Part shown: positions 36,994-46,407 of the stretch, piece by piece
How the letters are laid out: the number at the start of each line of letters is the position of its first letter
Numbering within the stretch: the first letter of the stretch is position 1
Assembly: GCA_021399345.1 (NCBI GenBank)
Contig: JAAFKI010000112.1
Coordinates: forward strand, 96,001 to 160,000
Direction: 5' to 3'
Length of the DNA: 64,000 nt
Source of the DNA: Candidatus Heimdallarchaeota archaeon
GTDB lineage: Archaea; Asgardarchaeota; Heimdallarchaeia; Heimdallarchaeales; Heimdallarchaeaceae
Notes under the pieces: generated by a model
Database searches by the model: none
What the model saw: the letters and a program-made list of their open reading frames with translations, nothing else
What the model was told of the DNA's origin: nothing
Program-made: the position numbers and the translations under genes

Positions 36994-37188
36994 TTTTTAT
37001 TTCACCTTTGCTTACATCGTTGTAAGCAAATAATTCAACCAATATATAATATAAAAGTATTATGCAATAATATACACTATTAACATATGGTGAGTTGAAT
37101 TTTGAATCTCAAAAAACAAATAATTGCTCAAGAAGGTATTCACAGAACGTTATGCTTCAATCTATGTAAGTAAGCTCTTTTACTTGAC

Positions 37189-37926
37189 TTATTTCAAGTT
37201 GTTAATTATTTTTTTCACTTCATTCAAATCATTGTGAAGGTTGAACATTTTGTTTTCCAGTTCTTCTAGCATTTGTACAATCTTCCCTATTGACTCATCA
37301 GTTTTGGTTGATTCAGTTTTAGTTTTTTGTTCAATTTCAGGAGTTTTCTCGATTTCCTGTACTTCCATCTGCTCCTCCTTTTTATCATCACCGATAATTA
37401 GTCTTCTACTCATATTTTCAAAAAGCTCAATAATATTTTCTCCAGTTAATGCAGATGTTTCATATAATTCTACTGGGAAATTCAGCGATTCCCTGAACTG
37501 CTCAGCTATAGTTTCTATGTCTTCAGGTTGTACTAATCTATCATCTTCGAGGTCTATTTTATTTCCAATAAGATAGATGTTTTTGAGAGAGTTCTTTGAA
37601 TAATTTGATGCCTCTTGTGCCCATTTGTAGCAATTTTCTAAAGATTTAGGATTAGTTACATCAAACACTACAAGTGCACATTTACATCCATGGTAGAAGG
37701 ATGATCTCATTCCATGAAAGATTGATTGTCCTGCAAGATCCCATATTGTTAGAAGTACAGATTCTCCTTCAACAACCACTTTCTGAGCTGCGAAATCAGC
37801 ACCAAGAGTCTTGAGATAATCAGCTCGGAATGACTTTCCCATATATTTTCTGCGAATTGATGTCTTGCCAACCTCTGGATCGCCAATCAAAACAATTTTG
37901 TATGCTCTTTTGGGTTCAAGTGACAT
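37189..37926 (-). CDS. Rab/Ras-like small GTPase with C-terminal coiled-coil tail
   Basis: GDPEVGKTS, TLGADF, WDLAGQ, NKID, ETSAL. Confidence 0.92.
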   Translation of the reverse strand: MSLEPKRAYKIVLIGDPEVGKTSIRRKYMGKSFRADYLKTLGADFAAQKVVVEGESVLLTIWDLAGQSIFHGMRSSFYHGCKCALVVFDVTNPKSLENCYKWAQEASNYSKNSLKNIYLIGNKIDLEDDRLVQPEDIETIAEQFRESLNFPVELYETSALTGENIIELFENMSRRLIIGDDKKEEQMEVQEIEKTPEIEQKTKTESTKTDESIGKIVQMLEELENKMFNLHNDLNEVKKIINNLK

Positions 37927-38020
37927 ACTATCCCTGCCTTATTTCTTGTTACTTTATTTTAATTCTTTTGTAAATATTATTTGCAAATATATAAGTTAAG
38001 CTGAATCAATTTGCTTTATC

Positions 38021-39373
38021 TCAGCTTTTATTAATCAATTGAGAATACAACCTAAAATAAAATTCTCTTACAACCTCTAAGCTGGATAGTTCTACATATT
38101 CGTTTGCTCCATGCACATTTCCTCCAAGCGGGCCAAATTCTATTGAAGGAACCCCTTTAGCACTAAACCATCTAGAATCTGTTGCTCCTCCCATTTCAAT
38201 CGGATAATCAGATAGTCCCATTTCTTTAGCTACTGCAATGCTTTTTTTAACAAGTGTTGAATCCTTTTTGGTATAAACTGGACCTATGCTCCCTTTTGTT
38301 TCAATTTCAGCATCTATAGTTGAAGAGCTAGCGAATTCCTCAAAATAAGTTCTTACATCATCTATTGTTTTGCTCATGATTCTCAGATCCATCTGACAGA
38401 GATGATAATCCTCTTCTTCGCGATAGTAGTTGAATGTCAAATTTATACCATAGTCACTAGGTGCTGAAGGTATATCAACCTCCTTAAACTTCGTAACCTT
38501 GAGTAAGAACTTAGTTAAATTTTGGTCGTATTCATATTCTTGTTCACTATTCTCGTCTGGGATGATATATTCAATGCTAATCTCGGAGGGTAGAACATTA
38601 TTTTTGACAAAATTGCCTTTTAAAGTTTGAACTACATATGAATTCTCTCTCAAGAAATCAGAAGCTTTATCCATACAATGAACGTCTATTTCTCTCATGA
38701 AATATGCAGCATGCATTGTTCTTTTTCCTGCTATATCTGTAACAAAAGTTTTGCTCGCCTTTCTTCCTTGAATTTTATATGATGTTTTTCTTAGCTTAAG
38801 ATTTGCTACATACGAATTTCTTCGTCTATTGACTACTTGAAGTCCATTTGCATCACCATTTATTACATAATCAGGAATAAGGTTGTTGCTCTCGAGATAC
38901 TTACTTGCTTCTTCTGCACCATTTTTCCCCCCCGATTCCTCATCTAGATTAATGAGATAAATTACAGACCCTTTTTCAGTATTCACAAAATCTTTAGCTA
39001 GACTAATCATGATTGAAACAGCACTTTTCATATCTGCTGTTCCTCTTCCATAGGCTTTATCTTCCTTAATTGTCATCTCAAATGGATCTGTGTTCCAACC
39101 TGGTCCCTCAGGAACAACATCACAATGTCCCAAGAATAAAATTTTAGGAGAACCCCTATCCAAATAAGAAATTAGAGAGGAGTATCCATTTTTTTCATAA
39201 AACAAATTCCTATACCCAAGAGGTTCCAAAAGATCGTCCCCTATAAAATGAAGGATTTCCTTTGAAGGAATTTTGTTTTCGATAGGATTGTTAACAGTAG
39301 GAAATGAAACTAATTTCTTTAAAATCTCAATATAAGATAACAAGCAAATTTCCTCGTTTCTTGATGATTTCAA
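38021..39373 (-). CDS. M20 family metallopeptidase (DapE/ArgE-like)
   Basis: GHCDVVP, GRGTADMK, DEESGG, GGATDSRW, HGANE. Confidence 0.9.
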   Translation of the reverse strand: MKSSRNEEICLLSYIEILKKLVSFPTVNNPIENKIPSKEILHFIGDDLLEPLGYRNLFYEKNGYSSLISYLDRGSPKILFLGHCDVVPEGPGWNTDPFEMTIKEDKAYGRGTADMKSAVSIMISLAKDFVNTEKGSVIYLINLDEESGGKNGAEEASKYLESNNLIPDYVINGDANGLQVVNRRRNSYVANLKLRKTSYKIQGRKASKTFVTDIAGKRTMHAAYFMREIDVHCMDKASDFLRENSYVVQTLKGNFVKNNVLPSEISIEYIIPDENSEQEYEYDQNLTKFLLKVTKFKEVDIPSAPSDYGINLTFNYYREEEDYHLCQMDLRIMSKTIDDVRTYFEEFASSSTIDAEIETKGSIGPVYTKKDSTLVKKSIAVAKEMGLSDYPIEMGGATDSRWFSAKGVPSIEFGPLGGNVHGANEYVELSSLEVVREFYFRLYSQLINKS

Positions 39374-39438
39374 CTATTTTTAAGATATTTGAAATTTCCC
39401 TATGAAATTATAAACAAAAGAAAAGGATTTCTTCTCAA

Positions 39439-40017
39439 CTAAGGAGCGATAATTAAAGGATTTTGATAAAAGGTGGATATTTTTCTTAGTTTTCCTCCTA
39501 ATTCTGACATGTAAGAATAATCAATAACTATATGGAAAGAAGTACCACTACTAATTTCTCCTTCATTCAAGTTCAAGTTTTCTACTTGGATTGTAAAAGA
39601 TGCATTAATGAAACCATATTGTAGTGTAAAACCAAAATACTCGTCATTCCATGGCTGTGATGTTCCAGTTATTAACCACGGGTTCAAATCATCCAAAACC
39701 TGCCCTGTTGGAAGAAGCATATCAAAGTCCTGAATGTAAATAGAGGGTGATTCTGCATCTAATGACAGATAGAAACTCATTGTATCGGACAAAGTATCTA
39801 TATCTGTGTCATTTATTATTAGGATGTTTAGAGAGATAGCAACGTCTTTTTCTTGAGGAGTATCTAGATAGCCGAATAAATCTACTACATCTACATTTAA
39901 CAGAATGGATCCAACTAAAGCACTTGCCCCCACAACGAGAGAGATAATAATTACACTGGCAAGAACCTCAGAAACACCTCTAGACGACTTACGTAATCTG
40001 TGAAACATCTGATACAC
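39439..40017 (-). CDS. Archaeal type IV pilin-like protein (class III signal peptide)
   Basis: RKSSRG|VSEVLASVIIISLVVGASALV. Confidence 0.8.
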   Translation of the reverse strand: MYQMFHRLRKSSRGVSEVLASVIIISLVVGASALVGSILLNVDVVDLFGYLDTPQEKDVAISLNILIINDTDIDTLSDTMSFYLSLDAESPSIYIQDFDMLLPTGQVLDDLNPWLITGTSQPWNDEYFGFTLQYGFINASFTIQVENLNLNEGEISSGTSFHIVIDYSYMSELGGKLRKISTFYQNPLIIAP

Positions 40018-40134
40018 TCGATTCTACTTTGAATAGTATATGGCAAACGTAGTTTATAACTTTTGAGGATTCGGGCAACTGAAATTGTAGTTGTTTCAAC
40101 AGAAATGAACTAAAAAGACTTAATCGGTTCTGTT

Positions 40135-41802
40135 TTATTTGTTGAATAATTTTTTAATTCCTATAATTCCTTGTTTCAACTTATTGTAAAAACGAATCAG
40201 TACATTAATGAAGGACGATTTAGCTCTTTTGAGCCCAAATTTTGTTTGGGTATAAATATAAATTACATCAGTTTTTATCATTTTATAATTTCTTTCGTCA
40301 AATATGCTGAGATAAATAAAAGGAGGAAGTAATAGGCTTATAACCACAAATAGAATAAGTAAAAACAGTGGATGCAAATATCTGGATTTGGCAATAATTA
40401 TACAGTTAAAGTAATAGAATAAGGCACTCACAAGTATAAATGCGGTGCTTGTGATACCAAATAAAATTCTATTATTATCTGTCAGCGTATAATTTTCTTT
40501 ATCGGTAGAGAGTTCCATTTTTACATCTGACAGATGCTTGAATTTCTTGGGCTTAATTCTTTTAATCAGATTAGAACTTTTTTCTTCAATGAAAGTTAAT
40601 AAACTGAGTACAACAAATGGAGTAATAAATGCATTATAATATTTGTAAATCCCTCTTGAGATGAATAGATGAGTATTTATTATAATCCATGTAGCGAATA
40701 TAATTTGATAACTTTCATTTCCGCCTATTTTCTTTCCATTAAAGTAAGCAAAAACAGCTGTAAAACCATAAAAGAAGAGGAAGGGAATCATATATTTGTT
40801 AAGTACAAAATAGAACTTTGTTAGACTTAGGTTTCCAAGAAATAAGAAACTATTTGCCAAAGTAACAGTATAACCTAAATGTTCTAAATCAACAAATCCT
40901 AAAGGTTTTCCTGGTCCAAAAACTCTCCAAGTATATTCAACAGGTGTCATGACTAACCAAGGAAGAGAAAGAATTAAGGTTGAAAGTAGAAATGGGAAAA
41001 GAAAATCTCTAAATGCAGCTCGTAAGTCTATTTTCTTCCAAATTATTAGGAACCATGGTATCAGCAGAAATAAAGGCATTTGTTTTGATAACCATGCAAC
41101 TGAAAGAAAGAACCCTGTTAGTTTATACTTGTCTTTAATGAATAGTAACAAGCTAATCAGTGTAAAAAAAGTCATTTGTGGCGTATTCAAGAAAACTGAA
41201 TCAACATATAGAAGATTAATAGGCATCATAGAAAAAATTGCAGCCGCCAAGATTCCCAAAGCATGTTTTGTTGAAGTCTTCTCTTTAAATGTTTTAAGTG
41301 TAATCACAATCAAATAGACCATAACAACCGATAACGCATCAAAGACAATGTGTGTCCATTTTACTGATTCTACAATCATTTCAGGCTTATCAAGTTGAGG
41401 AAAAAATGAACTTACAAAAAGGGAGACAAAATATAATCCATAAATGAACATAGGACCATAAGCATATCCATTGAGTGGTCCTTCACCACCAGCATAAGGA
41501 TTCCAATTCTCATAGCGAAAAGATTCTAAATAAGGTTCATAATAATACGAGGCATCTGAATATGCCTCTAAATACCAAACTCTTACTACCTCTGTCCCTT
41601 CATAGTGTAACCAGTTAAATCCGGCACCATGAACCTTCCAATACCATTCTGAAATTAGATTCTTAACATAGAGGGAAAGTGCAAAAAGGAGAATTGAAAT
41701 TGAAATAATAGTGAGTATTTCATATAATTTCTTTTTGCTGATTCTCCTTTGACTGAATCTTTTGGTTTTGAAGTTTCTCAAAGTAGCCATTCTATTCACC
41801 AT
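40135..41802 (-). CDS. GT-C fold (GT87-like) membrane glycosyltransferase
   Basis: D..YY...NPY...YAYGPMF loop, LSKQMP, multi-TM. Confidence 0.7.
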   Translation of the reverse strand: MVNRMATLRNFKTKRFSQRRISKKKLYEILTIISISILLFALSLYVKNLISEWYWKVHGAGFNWLHYEGTEVVRVWYLEAYSDASYYYEPYLESFRYENWNPYAGGEGPLNGYAYGPMFIYGLYFVSLFVSSFFPQLDKPEMIVESVKWTHIVFDALSVVMVYLIVITLKTFKEKTSTKHALGILAAAIFSMMPINLLYVDSVFLNTPQMTFFTLISLLLFIKDKYKLTGFFLSVAWLSKQMPLFLLIPWFLIIWKKIDLRAAFRDFLFPFLLSTLILSLPWLVMTPVEYTWRVFGPGKPLGFVDLEHLGYTVTLANSFLFLGNLSLTKFYFVLNKYMIPFLFFYGFTAVFAYFNGKKIGGNESYQIIFATWIIINTHLFISRGIYKYYNAFITPFVVLSLLTFIEEKSSNLIKRIKPKKFKHLSDVKMELSTDKENYTLTDNNRILFGITSTAFILVSALFYYFNCIIIAKSRYLHPLFLLILFVVISLLLPPFIYLSIFDERNYKMIKTDVIYIYTQTKFGLKRAKSSFINVLIRFYNKLKQGIIGIKKLFNK

Positions 41803-41883
41803 TAAGTCGCGGTATAGGTTCTTGAATGTATAATTATTTAAAACATTTAATATTTTCCTCTATGGAATCTTATCATATTATAA

Positions 41884-42798
41884 TCAAACAACAGGATTAT
41901 CATCAGAATATTCTTCCTTAATTATCTGATACCACTGACGGATTATTTTTGCAAAATTTTTAAAGGTATTCTGAACATTAGTACCTTCAGTTAAAGATAC
42001 CATCTCACTTACCACTATAGTCCCATAATTGCCCTCTAACTGTTCTCTAAAGAGTTCAACGACAGATTCAAATTCCTTCAACTCACTTTTCTCAAGTAAA
42101 TCAATTTTGGTTCCGAGGAGCAAGATAGGTGGGCACAGATCATAAGAATATACTTCAAGAAAAGTATCTAACCAATATTGTAATTTCTCAAATGTCTGAA
42201 GTTCAGTTACATCATATACTAGAACAACTCCAAAACTTGCTTTTGCATAAATCCACAGAGGAGAATCAGAAGGAATATCTAAAATAATGCATTCAAAATC
42301 AATATTAAAGTCATCAACAGATTGATTGATTTTTCCGAAATAAACGCCAGGAGCTGGCCTATTAAGTGATTCGCCAGTTAAAGCATAAACAAAAGATTGT
42401 TTTCCTGTTTTATCCTCACCAAGAATTACAATTCTAGCAGAGAATGTTTTCACTAAAACACTTTCAATTGTTTTTGGCTGTGGGATAACTTTAATTCTTG
42501 AAGTATCTGCAACTGCTGATCCTTCCTCCCATGCAAGATCACTATAACTAGGCACGTTTTTCAAGTACCAATTCCAAAATGATTCATGTAAATCATCGAT
42601 ATTGTCCCTAATCAATTCGTGGGCAAAAAACAAGGAGCTTCCCTCTTTTATGAAACCCCAGTTTTCAGGTCGGGAAAAAAAATAATCTTTGATTTCTTTT
42701 AAACTGATTTGGATTTTATCACTTAATTTCTCAGCATCAAAGTAGGAATTACTAAAAAGATAGTTATCTAATATCTCGCTAAGCTCTTCCTTTTGCAC
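41884..42798 (-). CDS. Degenerate Ras/Rab-like GTPase domain with N-terminal extension
   Basis: GEDKTGKQS, ILDIPS (no DxxG glycine), VYDVT...F..L..WL, TKID, VSL. Confidence 0.7.
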   Translation of the reverse strand: MQKEELSEILDNYLFSNSYFDAEKLSDKIQISLKEIKDYFFSRPENWGFIKEGSSLFFAHELIRDNIDDLHESFWNWYLKNVPSYSDLAWEEGSAVADTSRIKVIPQPKTIESVLVKTFSARIVILGEDKTGKQSFVYALTGESLNRPAPGVYFGKINQSVDDFNIDFECIILDIPSDSPLWIYAKASFGVVLVYDVTELQTFEKLQYWLDTFLEVYSYDLCPPILLLGTKIDLLEKSELKEFESVVELFREQLEGNYGTIVVSEMVSLTEGTNVQNTFKNFAKIIRQWYQIIKEEYSDDNPVV

Positions 42799-42900
42799 GT
42801 AGTAACCCCCAAGTTATATCGAATCTTAAACTAATCTCAAGATATGCGAACTAAATTTAATATAGGTGCAATGTATTAAAACTTGCTTGTAATTTCTAAA

Positions 42901-43344
42901 TCAAAGAGGCTTCTGAGGGCAAGGGATGGATTTCATCATTGCGTAAGTTTTTTCAGCAGTTTGTAATGACATTCTTAAAAGTTTAATCTCTTCGTTGTTC
43001 AAACCTGCATCTCTAAGTTCAGAAGTAAATGTTTTAGGTGAAATCATGAACCTTCTCCAATTGTCATTTACCTTTAGAAGCTTCTCCATCTTTTTTCTGG
43101 TATTATAGAGATAAGGTCGATTCTTGAAATGTATGAGTGCTTTTCGTATTTCACCCCGTACTATTTCTGCATTTTTTGGTTCAACCTTGCTTTCATTTTC
43201 TTCCAGAAAATGAGTTATTTCCTTAAGAATAGAAGGTTCTATTTCTTCAGTTGAGGGGAAGATACAATTTAAAGCTATATCAATAAACTCCTCAGTATCC
43301 ATTTCAAATGTCATTGTTATGTTTAAAGAACTGAAAAATATCAT
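42901..43344 (-). CDS. Hypothetical protein
   Basis: 147-aa ORF (start uncertain); no motif recognised. Confidence 0.55.
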   Translation of the reverse strand: MIFFSSLNITMTFEMDTEEFIDIALNCIFPSTEEIEPSILKEITHFLEENESKVEPKNAEIVRGEIRKALIHFKNRPYLYNTRKKMEKLLKVNDNWRRFMISPKTFTSELRDAGLNNEEIKLLRMSLQTAEKTYAMMKSIPCPQKPL

Positions 43345-43437
43345 AAAAGCACATGAGATAGAGATATGATTGTAGACATATTCCCAGTATTACACTTCAG
43401 ATTTTTGAGAAACAATCCTGTTAATTAAAATGTATTT

Positions 43438-45984
43438 TCACACATATGCATCATATTCTGCATAGTTATCTATAATCTTCAATTTAGATTGATTTAGAAG
43501 TTTTATTGATTCAATTGCACCAGTCTTGCTCAAAGGTTGATTGTTGTTACCACATTGGTAAGAATAAGTGCATCTTGGACAACCATCAGAGGTTTTACAA
43601 GTGCAGTTTTCCAGAATTTTCAGTGAACGGTTGAGACCTTCTTCTAGCTTATCATATAGAAGTTTGGATAATCCACTTCCACCTTTTGAGCCATCATATA
43701 CAAAAATTGCTCCAGATTTACCCATAGATATTCCTCCAATCTCAGAACTTCCGCCTCCAGTTAACATTGAACTAGATTCAATCACAACATGTTCAACTGC
43801 GTGAAAGGTTCCATTTAGCAAAAGATCTTCGGGTATGTTTGCAAAAGTGTTTAGAAGATTTATTGGTTTTGGCATTGTGAACATGAATCCTTTTGTTCGA
43901 AAAGAGTAAATTATGGGGTCATCAAATTTTTTCGTTTCAAGAAGTTTGTTTGTAAAAATATCATTGACATTATAACCAGTAACTTGTTCAGTTATTTTCA
44001 AATCACAGTAGATAACCTCAGTTCCAAGAACCTTTTTTCTTTCATTCACGGCCAATATAGATGGAATTGCATATCGATTAGCCGTTGTTTTTTGATTTAT
44101 AGGGGGTATAGGCTGCAAGAGTATTTCTCCACCACCAAATCGATTATCATACTTGAAAGTTGAAGACCTGTAATGTTTACCTCCATGGAGATATATAGCC
44201 CCAGGATGTAATTCTCTAGCAGCCATGGGCATTGATCTTTCCCCTAATCTTTTACCAGTTTTATCTTTTAGCAATAAAGTATCCCCAATCCCCCTTATTG
44301 AATAAGCTCGTAATAGTCGCAATATATCAGTTCTAGATTTAGCTTTATATCCCCCATCTGCTGTTTTCAGCAGTTTTTCTTCTCCCTCTAATTGTGTTAA
44401 CATGGTTTTGTGTTCAGTGAATTCTTCTTGTTCTATTGGTTTTTCCAAGACAGCAGCTAAAAGCTGATAATAGGAAACAATTTCATTTTTAGGTTCAACA
44501 TATCCTTGTCTGATGTCAGCAAAGTATGTTTCTGGATAAACTGAATAGAATGTGCTAATGGGGTCATCGTTTCTTAGAATCAGAGAACCAATTGATTCTT
44601 GTCCTTTTCTTCCAGCTCTTCCCAATCTTTGTATAAAACTTGTAATATTGACAATAGAGGAGACTACGCCATCAACATCACCAATATCAATCCCTAATTC
44701 TAGTGTTGGTGTTGACACTAACGCGTCCAAATCGCCTTCCCTAAATTTCTGTTCTACTTTGTTTCTATACTGTCTTGTTAGACCAGCTCTGTGAACAGCT
44801 GATCTTATTCTTGCAGAACGTAAAAGCAAATTTATTATCTCAGCGTTTTTATGACTGTTCTGAAAACAGAGTGTCTTATGACCGGAAGTTACCAGTTGTC
44901 TTGTTATCTCTGAGGTTATGGTATATTGACTGACATTCCAAGGGATTGTAATCAACAAATGGGTTGGTGCTTTTCTAGCTTCTTCAACTATAATTGCTGT
45001 TACTTCTCTATCAAAAAGCTGAGAAGAAAAGTCAAGTGCATTGCCAATTGTTGCAGAAGATCCAATGAATTGGATTTTATTAGATACAAGTCTTTGAAGT
45101 CGTTTTAAAATAAAATAGAGATTAGATCCGAAAGCACCTATAGCTACATGAATTTCATCAATAATTATGAATTTGAGATTTCTTATTATTGAAACAAAAG
45201 GTAAATTTCTCATATGATAATGTAGCATGTCAGGATTAGTGATAAGAATATCAGGAGGAGATTCAAGAATCTTTTCTCTCTTTGTTTTAGGAGTATCACC
45301 GTCATATACTTCACAAGTGATTCCCAAAGGATTCCCATATTTCTTGATTTTCTTCTCTTGATCTTTGGCTAGGGCTTTTGTTGGATATATGATAAGCGCA
45401 GATAAACCCCTTCTCTGGAGTGGATGGGAAGCTTTATTCCAAATCTGTGTTAAAACGGGCAATGTAAAAGCTTCAGTTTTTCCTGTCCCTGTGGGGGCTA
45501 CAATAACAATATCTTCTCCTTTATCAATTAAATCAAAAGCTTCTTGTTGAAATTCATATAGAGAGACCAAATTATTTTTACTTAGAAAGGAACTCAATTT
45601 TTCTGGAAATTCCATCTTTTTTGAGCTATGTTTGGGGAATTTTTGCTCCAGAAATCCATAGTAGATTAACTCAATATCAGGATTGTTAATTATGTTCTTA
45701 ATTGCGGAAGGAATTTTTTGTGGATCATATCCTCCGTTTTGTATTAGTTTTCTCTTCTCCTCCTTTGTTTTCCTTGGAACAGGGAAGAGATTTTCCTCTT
45801 TTTTCTTTTTTAATTGCTTTGCTAAATCCCTTCGAGATTGCTTAGAATCTACTAATTGAGTGTATGCTTCAGTTTTATCAGTAACAAAAATTGTTTCTTT
45901 AAGACCGCAAAAATTACATTGAAACAGAAAGGAATTTGATTGTCTTGTTACATTCAAATCTTTTTTGCAGTCTGGACATTTCAT
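43438..45984 (-). CDS. Hrq1/MrfA-like SF2 helicase with C-terminal DUF1998 and N-terminal Zn ribbon
   Basis: APTGTGKT, YPTKAL, DEIH, SAT, TLELGIDIG, QRLGRAGR, HAVEH, YDG..GG.G, CTCKTSDGCPRC. Confidence 0.9.
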   Translation of the reverse strand: MKCPDCKKDLNVTRQSNSFLFQCNFCGLKETIFVTDKTEAYTQLVDSKQSRRDLAKQLKKKKEENLFPVPRKTKEEKRKLIQNGGYDPQKIPSAIKNIINNPDIELIYYGFLEQKFPKHSSKKMEFPEKLSSFLSKNNLVSLYEFQQEAFDLIDKGEDIVIVAPTGTGKTEAFTLPVLTQIWNKASHPLQRRGLSALIIYPTKALAKDQEKKIKKYGNPLGITCEVYDGDTPKTKREKILESPPDILITNPDMLHYHMRNLPFVSIIRNLKFIIIDEIHVAIGAFGSNLYFILKRLQRLVSNKIQFIGSSATIGNALDFSSQLFDREVTAIIVEEARKAPTHLLITIPWNVSQYTITSEITRQLVTSGHKTLCFQNSHKNAEIINLLLRSARIRSAVHRAGLTRQYRNKVEQKFREGDLDALVSTPTLELGIDIGDVDGVVSSIVNITSFIQRLGRAGRKGQESIGSLILRNDDPISTFYSVYPETYFADIRQGYVEPKNEIVSYYQLLAAVLEKPIEQEEFTEHKTMLTQLEGEEKLLKTADGGYKAKSRTDILRLLRAYSIRGIGDTLLLKDKTGKRLGERSMPMAARELHPGAIYLHGGKHYRSSTFKYDNRFGGGEILLQPIPPINQKTTANRYAIPSILAVNERKKVLGTEVIYCDLKITEQVTGYNVNDIFTNKLLETKKFDDPIIYSFRTKGFMFTMPKPINLLNTFANIPEDLLLNGTFHAVEHVVIESSSMLTGGGSSEIGGISMGKSGAIFVYDGSKGGSGLSKLLYDKLEEGLNRSLKILENCTCKTSDGCPRCTYSYQCGNNNQPLSKTGAIESIKLLNQSKLKIIDNYAEYDAYV

Positions 45985-46109
45985 TGAAATACCTCTCTAT
46001 GTATTATCAGTATTATAATTAATAAAGTTGCAGAGTGCAACATCTTAAAGGATATTTAATGGATAGGTTTAAAATAAGTTATTTGTGTATCGGCACAAGG
46101 TAAGAAAAA

Positions 46110-46367
46110 ATGGCTTCTCAAAGAGTATGTAAATGGAAGCAAGGGATGACTGGAAGAAGTCCTGAAGGAAAGACGCAACAAGTAAAATTTCCCTGCAGAT
46201 ATCCCACAGAAGAACTTACAACCGATTTATGTACATTGTGTCTTCTAGGCGATTTATTTGCAATGTTTTATGCACAGTCAATGAGTTTCAAGAAAAGTTC
46301 AGACATGCAGGAAGAAATTATGGCTTTTCTAAAAGGTTTCACTTCAGAAGATTTTGATATGAGATGA
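46110..46367 (+). CDS. Small Cys-containing hypothetical protein
   Basis: 85-aa ORF with C..C..CTLC; divergent from the helicase. Confidence 0.6.
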   Translation: MASQRVCKWKQGMTGRSPEGKTQQVKFPCRYPTEELTTDLCTLCLLGDLFAMFYAQSMSFKKSSDMQEEIMAFLKGFTSEDFDMR

Positions 46368-46407
46368 TTACATATCTAATTTTATCATCAATGAATCCAA
46401 ATTAATG

